DNA from: Camelus ferus
Taxonomy: Eukaryota
DNA: 64,000 bases
Assembly (NCBI RefSeq): GCF_009834535.1
Contig: NC_045696.1
Span: forward strand, 55,120,001-55,184,000
Reading direction: 5' to 3'
Shown here: piece after piece, positions 51,191-63,786 of the stretch
Numbering within the stretch: position 1 is the first letter of the stretch
How the letters are laid out: each line of letters opens with the position of its first letter
Position numbers and translations under genes: made by a program
The notes under the pieces: generated by a model
The model's database searches: none
What the model saw: only the letters and a program-made list of their open reading frames with translations
What the model was told of the DNA's origin: nothing

Positions 51191-52835
51191 CTAAATTGCA
51201 GTAACTACCCCCTAGCCATTCCCTCTGCCTTCAGTCTCTTGTGTTCAATTTTAAATACAGCTGTGGGGAATCACCTCAAACCCATTTTCCCTGAGCTGGT
51301 CCTCAGCCATAAAAGCTCTGGTGACCACGTGTAGGACCTATTATACCACATCCAAGCCTCTCCCAGTGTGACCTGCAAAGCTCTCCTTACTCAAAACTGA
51401 GACATCTCTCGATCCTAGCAGTGGCAGCCACACAGCTGACAAGGATGCCACATGCTATCAGTGGAAGGAAGTTACTGTTTCCAGAATGCATGTGGTTTCA
51501 GAGTTTACATTTTAAACACAGGAAGAGTGGAAAAAGCCTGGATGACCCTCCTTTTAGAGGAGGAGGAGACCTGGAGACCAGGTGTGCCCATGATTTTTGC
51601 CCTGATTCTAAACATGGTAGGTTATGTGCAGACCAGCAGATAAGAAATGAGTCAGAACTGGAATGGCAGAGGTGGAAAGGATGGGGGCGGGGGTCACTCC
51701 AAAATCTTCTGAGCTGGCTTAGATCTACCAGCAAAGAGACTTTCTCTTCATTCAAGAGTAAGACGGCCACAGCCCCCTGCCCTAGCACCCCCTTAGATAT
51801 CTAAAGCTAGGTAAGTTTCCATGGTTGAGTCTTGAGGGCAACAGAGCAGCCTGATTTTGCCCCTTCAAAGAAGGGCTTTGCTATATCACAGGCTGCGTAT
51901 ACCACATGAATTATCTAGGACCCTCTTGCTCCCAAATGCTTCGACCTGAAATTATTTGAATCCTTCAGGTCAAAATGTGGTTTTGTGGATAACTCAGATT
52001 ATCTAAATAATAAAGTTGTTTAGACGTGTGCTTGGTTTCAAGAGCATCTGACGGGAGTAAAAAGAGCCTGTTTCTTTAAGCAGTTTTTACAGAGGCTTTC
52101 TAAAGCCGTCTCCTGTTTTGCTGGTTTATTTTTTCAAGAGAGGAAGACATGTTGATGAATGAGTTGAACTTCTGCAGGATCCCAGGAGAGGAAAGGAGGG
52201 GCTGGTGGGAGAGGGGGAGGTGGGTGGCTTTTTTCTTCCGTGTTGCAAAAGCTCCAGGGCCCCCCATCCTCTCTGATTACTCTCCAAGATGCTACACTCT
52301 CTGGATTGACTGGATGCCAAGAAAACCCTTCTTTCAAGCCCTGGAGAGTTTCGTGCTGTGGGACTGAAAAGTAAACGAGAACAGAAAAGGATGAAGGGCA
52401 GAGAGTGAAAGAAAAAGCTGAGGAAATGAGTATATTTGCAAGCTGGGGGATTTCTTCATCTCCTGGCTTGCTAGGCTCCATTGATCCTTAGAAATAAAAG
52501 GGGCATCACTAAGACAAAATGCCCCAATACAGAAAGGAAAGGCTTTTGCATGGGAGGTCTCCAAGCAGTCTCTCTGCCTCTGGTCTGGCAAACACCAGGT
52601 CCTCAGCAAGAGAACTAGTGAGTGAATTTGTCCTGAAAATCAGCTGGAGACTCAGTACCCACATGGCTGCTTCACAGGGACTTGTGAGTCCTGTACAAGC
52701 CTTTTCTCATGACTGTGTCATCGGAGCTTTTAAATCTCTCACTTATGCCGGCAGCGAGGACAACAGAGCTATCCTGTATCACCCAACTGGCAGCTAGAGG
52801 GAGCAGCAAAGTACCCAGCAAACCAGGGAAACACC

Positions 52836-52863
<28 letters not shown>
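52836..52863 (+). repeat. Pure poly(A)28
   Basis: Directly visible. Confidence 0.95.
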
Positions 52864-52867
<4 letters not shown>

Positions 52868-52964
52868 TTGACAGAATAATATCTGCTATTTCAAAATAAC
52901 AGGAAATAATCCGTGTGGGAAACTAGAATAGTTTCTTATATTTATGTGATGGTCTAATGTACTT

Positions 52965-53440
52965 TGGATCAGTCAACAATTGCTAAAAAATACCGTGTAA
53001 CAAGGCATCCCAAAACTCAGTGACTTAAAACATCTGTGATCTAAAGTCAATTGGGCATTGTCTCATCTCCAGTGGACTCGGCTAGTCAGCTTTGCTCCAG
53101 CCCAGAATGGCTAGAGCAGACCTGCTTTGCAGAGTAGGGCTAGAGACCACCAGGTGGCTCTGCTACACCTGTCCCTCCTCTTTCCTGCACCATTAGGCTG
53201 GCTCGAGCATGTTCTACTCTTGGCACTGACCGCAGCACAAGAGAAGGCAAGTCTCAGTGAGCAGGACACTGTAAATACCTGCTAGAATCTTGTCTACTAA
53301 CATCTCACTACACAAGGCAAGTCAAAGAGCAAAGCCCAAATTCAAGAGATAGGAAAGTACCAACGGCCTTTTGAGAGACACGTGGCAAAGGCTGTAGCTA
53401 TGGGGAGAGGTGAAGCATCAGGGTCAGGGGTACCACCTGT
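52965..53440 (-). mobile_element. MLT1-type LTR remnant
   Basis: 'gtgtaacaaggcatcccaaaactcagtgacttaaaaca', 'tgtctactaacatctcact...ggcaagtca...caaagcccaaattcaag'. Confidence 0.7.
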
Positions 53441-53499
53441 CATCATGAACCTCTTCAGTTTTCAGAGCCCCTAATGATCTTCTCTAGCCATCACTGGTT

Positions 53500-53690
53500 C
53501 TTAACCAGTTAGTAACTAGATAGTGTCAGGGGTGTCTCTTTGGGACTCAGTTTCGTTATCTGCAAAATAGCGATCATGTTTTCTCTGCCTATCTCACAGT
53601 GTTGGTGTGGAGGCCAAATGATATAATAGATGTGAAAGTTCTTAGAAAGCTCTAAAGTATTGTACAGTACAAGCTGTTACCACAATTACA
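53500..53690 (+). mobile_element. MIR SINE
   Basis: 'ctcagtttcgttatctgcaaaatag...ctgcctatctcacagtgttggtgtggagg...gatgtgaaagt'. Confidence 0.8.
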
Positions 53691-53751
53691 ACCAGAAGAT
53701 AATACTCTGCGTACACGTGAGGCTTATAGACCCTGCATTCTTGGTGCAACT

Positions 53752-53885
53752 GCTCACCTCTGCCACTGCAGCAAGAAGGCAGCCAGGGACAACGTGTAAA
53801 TAATAAGCACAGCTGTGTCCCAGTGAAACTTTATATATATAAAAAAGGCAGCTGGCCAAGGGTAATAGTTTGCTGGCCCTGGTCT
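53752..53885 (+). mobile_element. MER58A 3' half
   Basis: 'ctctgccactgcagcaagaaggcagccagggacaacgtgtaaataa...ctgtgtcccagtgaaacttta...tagtttgctggccctgg'. Confidence 0.8.
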
Positions 53886-54037
53886 ATATCCAAGAACTTT
53901 AGGAATGGATGTTAGGATGGCTTTTTGTTTGTCTGCTGTGCCTGGGCAAGGACTCCTTCGGAACATTCCCTCCCTCCCACCCTCCCTCATTAACTCACAG
54001 TAGGGCTTAACAACCTTCACCATCAAAAGATGCGTCA

Positions 54038-54080
54038 CAATATGCCAATTACACCGTAATAAAAAATTATAAAAATTTTA
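54038..54080 (+). mobile_element. 43-bp L1 3'-terminal micro-insertion with 13-bp TSD
   Basis: 'tatgccaattacaccgtaataaaaaa' resembles an L1 terminus. TSD aaaagaTGCGtca (54025-54037) / aaaagaCACAtca (54081-54093). Confidence 0.65.
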
Positions 54081-55570
54081 AAAAGACACATCATCGTATT
54101 CCTCCATCAAAGCTCCTCACTCTGCACTTTAAGCCCATGTTCCCTTGCCCTGCATGGGAGATAGTTTATTTGTTAGAGATCAGGTAGTCTGGACACTGTA
54201 GGTTCTTCATAAAACTAAGTTGTTCTGCTGCAGTTTGGGAAGAGAAGGAAAACATTTTCTATTTTCTGTGGAACATAAGAAGACCCTGGCTTCCCTCTTC
54301 CTGACTATAAGCTCCTGTGTGATGCTCTCCTGCAAGAGACAGTGGGCAGAGTGGGAATATAAACCCCAGGGCCCACTTGCTGGCCCCTGTTAAGAATTCC
54401 TTCATCTCTATCGAAGAAACAGTGCTGCCTCTGAGAGCTTTCTATAGCCCTCTTTGCTGTTTTCAGAACTGTCTTTGCATTTTCCTTCCCTGCAGCCGGA
54501 GGGGTTATTCTCCATTACAGTCAGGTATAAGCCTGGCTCCAGCCCATACTCTTGGGAGACAAGTGAAGACAGAAGACATCTCACTTTTAAGCTCTGGGAG
54601 GTCAGTCAGCCTACCTTGAAGGAGAAAACAAACAGAAAAACAAGCTGGAGGAAATCAAGAACAGACACACAACCCTGTGATTTCTTACCTGAACTCTCCA
54701 TCAGGCATTCTGAATGATCTACTTTGGAAGGGGAAACAGCTGGTGCAAAGACTACAAAGCCTGGTGCGGGGGATGTGTTTTTATGAGAAGGCAAACAACC
54801 TAGAACTTTCCATGGGTTGCAGTCTGAGTCAGGATCCCCAAAGGAGCCCACTGCAAAAGATTTCATTGTCCTGGAATGATCTTCTCCACTTGAAATGCGA
54901 CTTTCAATAATGAGTAAATTACCTGAAACTGCCTAGCGAGTCAGTGCTGGTAATGAGGACATCTGGGGTCACAGAGCTTGCATCTCCCCACTTGCTACAT
55001 AGGTGAGAAAGCAGGCGGGACCCCATATTGATTTCGGGCCATCTCAGCCACAGAGCTGGAAAGGTTCTCAGGGTACATTAAACTCAGTGCAGGCATCCTG
55101 GGGACAACCTTTGCAGTACCCTGGAGCTTTCTAAGGTCTGAGTTCCATTTACGGTTGGCAGACGCCCAGTTTTCCCAGGCTGCTCTGAGAATCAATCTCT
55201 CGTAGCACAGATCAGTCTCAGAGAGTGCCTGTTCAAAGGGGAGATTTCCTTTCTTTGCGCTTATCTGAGAGTGGAGATGTGCTGAGGAACTGCGTCCTGG
55301 GAGCTGGAGCCCTGGGTGGGGCACTCACTCTGCCCAGGTTAAAACCAGGTCGTGCTGCCATTCATGGCACACACATTCCAGACGACGAGCCAGCCTGGCT
55401 AACCAACGCTCCGGCTTCACAAGCTAGTGCCTCCGCAGCCTTCTCTCTGTTCTCCTCCCAATCACCACTGTCCAGTAAATGCTGCCTCCCTGCTACCAGC
55501 CTCTCTTCCCCTACAAATCCACCGTCCTGGCCCCTCCTTAACTTTCCCATACCTTGACTTTATTCACAGA

Positions 55571-55881
55571 TGTCGGCAGTCTTAAGTGAGTAGGTCGTGG
55601 GACCCAGGTCAAAGTTCACAATAACTTGCATGTGTATGAGGTAAGAAGTAAATGTACACGTGTGCTAAGTAGCATGAGCGCGCATTATGAACAATACGCA
55701 CGCGCGGGCATTATAAAAGGACAAGTGCGTCCGCCTGAGGGCGCGCACCACCTGCTTGTACTGCAATAAAGTGCTGTTTTGCTTCATGTGGGCTCTTTGT
55801 GCATTACGTTGGCTTCTCACGCCTTCTTCCAGTTGGGCAGCTCACCTCATCCAGTCCCTCTCCAGCCTCCCTCGGCTGACA
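55571..55881 (+). mobile_element. Young-looking solo LTR (311 bp), probable class III ERV
   Basis: TG...CA ends with a terminal inverted repeat TGTCGGC/GCTGACA. Perfect ACAGA TSD (55566-55570, 55882-55886). TATAAAA at 55712, AATAAA at 55765, and 16 CpGs by manual count. Confidence 0.88.
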
Positions 55882-55889
55882 ACAGATCC

Positions 55890-56290
55890 GTTTTTCTAAA
55901 CACATATCCTCTACTGACCCATTTGTTCTAGCAGGTGGGACTACCTAGCATTCCCCAAACTCATCTTGGCCTCTGCCACCACCTCCTTGCTTCATGCCAT
56001 TTTCTCAGCCTGGAATGTCCTACCCCATCTCTACCCATTCAAATATTTCAAAGCCTAACTTATACACTGCTTCTTCTAGAAAGTCAATCAAAAATGATCT
56101 ACATAAGTCCCTTAAACTCTGGACTTCAGCTGAATTTCTCTTATGATGTTAATCATGTTCTTTCTCATATTATAATGAAACATCTTTTTCTGTCTTTTGA
56201 GATTGGAAGCACCATGATCTCTACATTGTCTTCCTCTTCCCAAAACAGACTTCATAATAGATGCTCACTTAATACTTGTCAGTGAATTTA
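55890..56290 (+). mobile_element. L2 3' portion (probable host of the solo LTR)
   Basis: 'tgccattttctcagcctggaatgtcct...' ending 'atagatgctcacttaatacttgtcagtgaat'. Confidence 0.65.
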
Positions 56291-57409
56291 TTGGTCAAAT
56301 TAAAAACTCACAGCGTGAAAGAATGCATTTGCCTTCCCAAGTACCTAAAGCACAACCAGGAAATGTTCCAGTATTGTATGCATACCTTGCCCTGTCCCTT
56401 GCAGAAAGTAGGAAAAGCATTTTAAAGAAGTTTTATTAGGTTGTTTACTGAGTCAGATCCTCCAAGACCAAGAGATGTAAGCTAAATCTTATTTTCCCAT
56501 AAGAGTTAATCTTATGAAATTGATTTCTGTTCTTAACTAAGGCCAGGTGCCCAACTTCTTCATAAGACTGGTCACAAGCATAATATGTGATCAACTATAA
56601 ATTTTATTTGCACCTGTTACACTATATTGCATAAAGCTTTCTACAGTATATATGAATCAATTAAACAAGGCAACACAGTTGCCTATAAAGTAAAATTTTA
56701 CTAAGTATGGTCTCTCATAAAGGTTTACTGTACAAAGTTTTCATCCTCTTTAAAATCCCTTCTAAAATAAATCAGCAAGTGAGGCTATTTCTTTGATAAG
56801 GTCATGATTTCAGCAAGATTTCTTTGAAGAAATTTTGTAAGGCATCTTAGGAAAACTGTGTAGGGGATTAAAAACTGCAGTGACTTTTGGTGAAACTAAT
56901 GCAGAAATCTAAGTCTGGTTGCCCCTGTTTTTTCCCAACAATTTCCTTACAGTGAGCATAGATATTAGCCAGCAAGCTTAGATTTCTTTCAATATGAAAG
57001 CAGAAAGTTTGCTGCCTTTTGAGTAGTGCTCTCTTCAGCACTAGTTAATTTCCCTGTTATGTGACAACATACCAGGCCAAGAACTCTGCCCTGTCACTAA
57101 AAGGAATGCTCATTTATTCCCATATGAGGGTGTCTAATATTTTTTTTCATCTGATAAAAAATCTCATCTAGATTTCTTCCAGTTTGACAGACTAAAAGTC
57201 TGCAATGCTCATAGCCATCATCAAGTTACTTCTCCACAATGACAACACTGCTTTCACAGCTGATGGTGATGTGACTTCATGGTGTTGCCCCACCTCATCT
57301 ATGTTAATGATACTCGAGCCTTTCTCCTCAGTTATCAAGTCTACGCAGAGGTGCTTAACTCTGGCCACATGGTAAAAATATTACTGCTGTGTATTCAAAA
57401 AGGTGCAAG

Positions 57410-58060
57410 CAATGTCCACATAAAAACCTACACAAAGATGTTTATAGCAGCTTTATTCATAATTTCCCAAACATGGAAGCCACTAAGATGTCTTTCAGTA
57501 GATGAATGGATAAATGAACTGTGGTACTTCTAGAAAATGGAATACTATTTAGCACTAAAAAGAAATGGGCTATCAAGTCATAAAAAGACATGGAAGAAAT
57601 TTAAATGCATGTTGCAAGTGAAATAAGCCAGTCTGAAAAGGTTACATACCATATGATTTCAACCATATGACATTCTGGAAAAGGCAAAACTACAGACAGT
57701 GAAAAGATCAGTGATTGCCAGGATTAGCAGGGAGAGAGGAACGAATGGGAAGAGCAGAACACGATTGTTAGGACAGAGAAACTACTCGATTTGATATGGT
57801 AATGGTGGATATATGTCACTATACATTTGTCCAAACCCATAAATTGGACAACACCAAGAGTGAAACCTAATGTAAACCACAGCTTTGGGTGATAATGACG
57901 TGTCAGTGCAAGTTCAGCTGCATCAAATGCACCACTCTGGTGCAGGATGTTGATAATGGGGGAGGCTATGCACTAGTAGAGTCAGAGTGTATATGGGAAA
58001 TATTAGCCTGCCTCTCAATTTTGCTGTGAACCTAAAACTGCCCTAAAAAAATACAGACTA
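57410..58060 (+). mobile_element. L1MC1-like 3' end
   Basis: 'atgtccacataaaaacctacacaaagatgtttatagcagc...cattctggaaaaggcaaaactacagac...tatacatttgtccaaacccat...ttttgctgtgaacctaaaactg'. Confidence 0.9.
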
Positions 58061-58124
58061 TTTTAAGTTTTAAAATAAATACATGAGAGTCCTGTTCCAC
58101 CAAAAAAATTATATATATATTTGT

Positions 58125-58265
58125 ATATATTTGCCTGGGTGCTCCTCTCAACCCCAAAGCCAATTAAATCAGAAGACTAGAATCCCTGTGAATGGAATCC
58201 AAGCCTTGGTATTTGTTAAAGCTCCATAGGCAATTTCTACATGTCAGCAAGAGGAGAATCACAGA
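58125..58265. mobile_element. MER5-type MITE remnant
   Basis: 'ttgcctgggtgctcc...ccaattaaatcagaa...aagctccataggcaatttctacatg'. Confidence 0.55.
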
Positions 58266-58469
58266 GATCTCTAGAAATAAAACCAGACTGCTGATTCATT
58301 TGAAACTTAAGCCAATTAAAACCTCCTAAGAGAATTCAGGAATCTTGGGTTCTAGACTCAACCTTGACAATGGTATCCAGAAGCATACCTTTGAACAGAT
58401 CACATCCCCTCCCAAAGTCTTGGTACCCTCAAGTACAGTGTGAGAATGCCCCCCATATCAAAACAGTTA

Positions 58470-60880
58470 TGATTCCTCAACAAATACTAGCAAACAGAAT
58501 TCAACAGCACATTGAAAGGATTATACAACATAACCAAGTAAGATTTATTCCTGTAATGCCAGGATGGTCCAGCATACAGAAATCAGTCAACATAATATAC
58601 CACTAAACAGAATGAAGGAAAATAACCACAAGATCATTTTAATTGACGCAGAAAGGCATTTCACAAAATTTAACACATTTTCATGATAAAAACACTCAAC
58701 AAACTAGGAAGAGGAGGAAATTACCTCAACATAATAAAGCCCATATATAAAAAGCCCACAGCAAACATCATACTCAATAAGGACAGACAAAAAGCTTTTC
58801 TTCCCAGATCAGAAACAAGACAAGGATACCTGCTTTCACCTCTTCTACTGAACATGACACTGGAAGTTCTATCCAGAGCAATTAGGTAAGAAAATAAATA
58901 AAAGGCACCCAAATTAGAAAGGAAAAAGTAAAATTATCTCTGTTCACGGATGACATAATCTTACATGTAGGAAATCCTAAAGATTTCATTAAAAACCTTA
59001 GAATTAATAAATAAATTCAGCAAATCTACAGGATACAAAATCAACATGCGAAAATTAGCTGTGTTTTCACACACTAATAGTGAACAATCCAAAAGGGATT
59101 TTTTAAAAATCCCATTCATAATATCAAAAAGAATAAAATATTTAGAAATAAATTTAAACAAGGAAGCAAAGTCTTATACACTGAAAATTTCAAAGTGTTG
59201 ATGAAAGAAACTAAATGCACAAATAAATAAAAGACATCTATGTTCATGAGTTGGGATAGTTAATATTGTTAAGATACCAGTACTACTCAAAGTGATCTAT
59301 AGATCCAATGAAATCCCTATAAAAATCCCAACAATTTATTTTGCAGAAATACAAAAATTCATTCATGTGGAATTTCAAGGGTCATCAAATAGCCAAAATA
59401 TACTGAAAAACAAAAACAAAGTTGGAGGGTCTCCCACTTCCCAACTTCAAAACTTACTACAAATTCACAATAATCAAAACAGTGTAGTACTGAAAGAAAG
59501 ACAGACAGACGGACCAATTGAATAGAGCAGACAGCCCAGAAATAAAACTTACATATAAGGCCAAATGATTTTTGTCACAAGTGCCAAGACCATTCAATGA
59601 GGAAAGGATGGTCTTTTCAACAAATAGTGCTGTGAAAACTAGGTATCAACATACAAAAGAATAAAGCTGGACTCATACCTTACACCATATACCAAAATTA
59701 ATTAAAAATGCATCAAAGGCCTAAGTATAAGAGATAAATCTATAAAACTAAGAGATGAAAACATAGGCGGAATTCTTCATGACATTGGATTCAGCAATGA
59801 TTTCTTGGATATGACACCAAAAGCACAGCCACCAAAACAAAAGTTAGATGAATTGGACCAAACCAAATTTAAAACTTCTGTGCATCAAAGGACACAATAA
59901 ACAGTGAAAAGGCAATCTACAGAATAGGAAAAAAGTATCTGCAAACTGTACAACTGATAAGGGGTTAATATCCAGAATATATAATAAATTCCTACAAGTC
60001 AATAACAAAATAACCCAATTTAAAAAAACTTGAATAGACATTTCTTCAAGAAAGATATACGAATGGCCAATAAGCACATGAAAAGATGCCCAACATCACT
60101 AAGCACTAGAGAGATGCGAATCAAAACCACCTCATACCCATTAGGATGGCTACTATCAAAAAATAAAGAAGAAGATGACAAATGTCAGTAAATGTCAGTA
60201 GGATCTGAAATAACTGGAACTCTTAGTGTACCGTTGGAGGGAATGTAAAATGGTACAGCCGCTGTGGAAAACAGTATAGCAGTTCCTCAAAAAACTAAAC
60301 ATAGAACTACTATAGGATCCAGCAGTTTCACTTATGGGTATTTGCCCAAAAGAACTGAAAGCAGGAACTCAAAGAGAGACTTACATGCCCATGTTTATAG
60401 CAGCATTATTTCCAGCAGCCAAACGGTGGAAACAACACACGTGTCCACTGACAGATGGATGAATAAACAAAATGTGGTATATGCACACAATAAAATATTA
60501 TTCACCCTTAGAAAAGAAGGAAATTCTGACATGTGCTACAACATGGATGAACCTTGAGAACATTATGCTAAGTGAAATAAACCAGTCATGAAAGGACAAA
60601 TACTGTATGTTTCCACTTATATGAGGACCTAGAGTGGACAAGTCAAAGAGACAAAAAGTAGAGTGGTGGTTGCCAGAGACATAGGGTAGGAGGAAATAAG
60701 GGTATTATTGCTTAAAGGATACAGAGTTTCAGTTTTGCAAGATGAAGAGTTCTGTGGATGAATGGTGGTGATGGTGACACAAAAATGTGAATGCACTTAA
60801 GTACTACTGAACTATACATACAAGAATAGTTAAGATGGGAAATTTTATGTTATGTGTATTTTACCACAATTTTAAAAAAG
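58470..60880 (+). mobile_element. 5'-truncated L1MB-type element (ORF2 RT/C-terminal + 3' UTR), non-functional
   Basis: Track peptides '[28 protein letters not shown]' and '[29 protein letters not shown]' are L1 ORF2. The 3' UTR ends 'ttttatgttatgtgtattttaccacaattttaaaaaa'. Confidence 0.97.
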
Positions 60881-61260
60881 GTAGAATGATGCATGGATTC
60901 TATTCAAATTACGACATTTATTCAATAGTCAGTGAACACATGAGTAACTACGATGTGACAGCTGGTTGAACACAACCACCTCTAACCTGATGCTGCTGAA
61001 CCAGCAAACTAAGATTATTTAGTTGACCAATGTTAGGGAAGACAAAAGCTAACTTGTTGAACTTCAAATCATTTATTTAGGTATCATTGAAATACAGCCA
61101 TTAACTGAGATTTCTGGCTTCTGGTTTAGTTTGAATAAAAGAAGAGTTTCTTACAGAATACTTTGTGATCCAAAGGGAAGAAGCTCTGAATGAGTGGTTT
61201 GCAAATAATGGACAACATAAATGTGCATGCATGCCCATCCTTTTGTGGGTGGGTTAGAGC

Positions 61261-61281
61261 TTTTTTTTTTTTTTTTTTTTT
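61261..61281 (+). repeat. Poly(T)21
   Basis: Directly visible. Confidence 0.95.
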
Positions 61282-61709
61282 ACTGCATTTGCTATTTGGA
61301 ATCTGTTAAACTGATAATACTGAACATTTACCTAAAATAAATATTATGTAATATTTTTATTTAAAAAAGACACACTATTACTCACCCCAAGAGAGCAAAT
61401 TTCTGTCTTTTGAATGTGCATAGCTGAGTGACATTCAGACCAATTAGGCTCTAAATGAATATACTCAGCCAGAATTCCTCATCACTGCCACACACACCAC
61501 TAGCTAGTTGATCTTGGTAACTACAGTAATAAAGTGGTGCATTGTAAACAATATAGGACAGTTGTAGAAGTGAATTCCTACAGTTACTAAATATTATATT
61601 TTTAAGCAGATGACATCTACAGCAAAAATCTCAAATTGGTGAGCGCACAACAATGGTAGAAAATTCCAAATCACAACACACACACAATGCTGGCTTCAGG
61701 TTTCATCTG

Positions 61710-61805
61710 AGCTTCATGAGGACAGGGACTTTGTTTTGCCCTCTGCAGTGTCTCCTGTGTCTAGAATTGCACAAAGTGGGTGCACAATAAGTATTAGTTG
61801 AATGA
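61710..61805 (+). mobile_element. L2 3' terminus
   Basis: 'gagcttcatgaggacagggactttgttttg...tctagaattgcac...caataagtattagttgaatgaa'. Confidence 0.85.
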
Positions 61806-62904
61806 AAAAAAAATGTGTATAGTTTTCAGAGGGTCTCTGGTCAGAGCCCTGGGCAGGGCATGGGTGGGGCGCAGCCAGTGGATCAGACAAGCCAATGGAA
61901 AGAGACAAGGTCCAACACTTTCCTCCTCACCAGGCAGAGCAGACCTGAGGGAACTACCTTCCATGTAGCACAGTGTTTACGGACTGTAGCAATTTCTCAT
62001 CAGAGCTGAAGCAATAAAGAGTAGGCCCCAAAATGAGGGGTACTGGAGGTGCCAATATGAAATGGGGAGGAAGTAACAGGGAATTTAGGGTGGGCTGTAT
62101 CAGAAGCCCAGACAGGAAAGTGGCCACTAAAATGTAGGAGAACCCCAGTCATAAAATTTTCTGAAGACAGCCTCTTGCCTGGAAGGCTTTTTAGAAATCA
62201 AGGCCAAAGCTCCAATCAAGGGAGCTGGGAAGACAGGGAACTAGGTTAAAACCAACAGGCCAGAAATGCACATTTCCTACATGGAGGCATATCACGAGGG
62301 TTAGATTAGCAAGGTGGTCAGCACCTCATACCAAGTCCGAAAGTGTGGGTCCGAGGAGACTTACACGTCTCCTGTGCCTGGAACTGAGGGTAAGCCTGGT
62401 GTGTTTACATAATCTGGTTACAGAAAGTTAAGGAATCCAGAAACCCCTCAATACCATCAGTCACCTGTGTGCTGCCGTCTTAGATTTTCCAGGAGAGGTC
62501 TTTAGCTCAACCCCTGATCAAGGAAATAACACTGGGAGGAAAGGAAGAGCAGAGGAGACTAGGCATCCACAGATGGGAGCACCAATGGGAAGACTTTCCA
62601 CTACAAAGAGAATTACACTGACCACACACCGGGAAGACACGAACTGGATGCACAGAAATATTCCTTTCATGGAAAGAACTGCAGAGATTCTTTTCCCCTT
62701 GCTTACTGCAGTAATGTGATTTCTCTGGTCTGCATTAAACAACCTAACTCCTCATTCTCGGTGGTTTCTCTGACTCAATCTAATTAATGTGTTCTAAGAT
62801 TGTCCACTCCTGGTTAAGTATACAATAATATACAGTAGTAATAATAAATAAGGGGTTTTTTTTTTGAGAACTGACTGTAAGTCTTTTAATTGTCATATGA
62901 CCCT

Positions 62905-63055
62905 GTGTAGCTATTACTAATATCCTCATTTTATTGATAACCCAACTGAGGCACAGGGACAAAAAGGCATTTGTCCAAGGTCACACCCCTCGTAATCTGG
63001 GATTCAAATTCAAATAGACTTTCTGACCCTACAGCCCTTGCTGTGAACCCTTACA
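62905..63055 (-). mobile_element. MIR SINE
   Basis: 'tatcctcattttattgataacccaactgaggcacagg...ttgtccaaggtcacac...ctgggattcaaattc'. Confidence 0.8.
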
Positions 63056-63652
63056 TATTCTAAGGTACTCTCACTGACCTCCTTTGATAGACTTGTAGTT
63101 TCTGAGCACGATCTCTGATCTAATATGGCCTCTTTAAAAAGATTCATATCCTTTCCTACAGATGTTCACGCAATATAACTTTACAGTACATAGCACAGCT
63201 GATAAAACAGTGATTGAACAATGACTGAATCTGACCCATGGGTCCACGTAGCCATAGCAGAGGGTGAGGATTTCCTCATTCCATTCAAACTCCCCTCGCA
63301 GTGTGGAGAGAAGCACATTACAGCCATCTTCAGAGAGAAAATTTTATGTGCTGGGCAAATAACAGGCTAGTCAGACATCTTGCAAAGGCTTTGAACACAA
63401 AGCTTTCTTGAAGACCTGAAGCACATCGACATTGTGAAACCCATTCCAATTCAGGGAGATCTCATTCTAATTAATATGCCTTGGAAAAAATCAGAATTAG
63501 ATTATGCAGGGATTCATTACATACAAAATGTCCTGAGAGGTACCCCACTGTATCTAAATATTAAATTTTCCTTAAATCCTACTCTGAATTATATACTCTG
63601 ATTAAAATATTATTTTTTTTTGATAAACATCGTTTATTTTGTTTGTTTTCAG

Positions 63653-63786
63653 TTCGTTACCTCCATCTATTGGGGTGTGACCGAGGAAACCAGCAAAGGC
63701 ATCACACTGTGCGGTTGGAACCAGCTCTAACAGCTGGCGAAGACTTGAGAGGGAGAAATACAGCAATCCTAAAGCAGCAAGGAAAT
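63653..63786. other. Exon-like non-repeat island; strand ambiguous (+ 63653-63786 or - 63743->63661)
   Basis: Plus strand: tttattttgtttgttttcag|...AAT|gtaaga. Minus strand: tatttctccctctcaag|...ATGGAG|gtaacg. Several retained CpGs. Confidence 0.25.
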
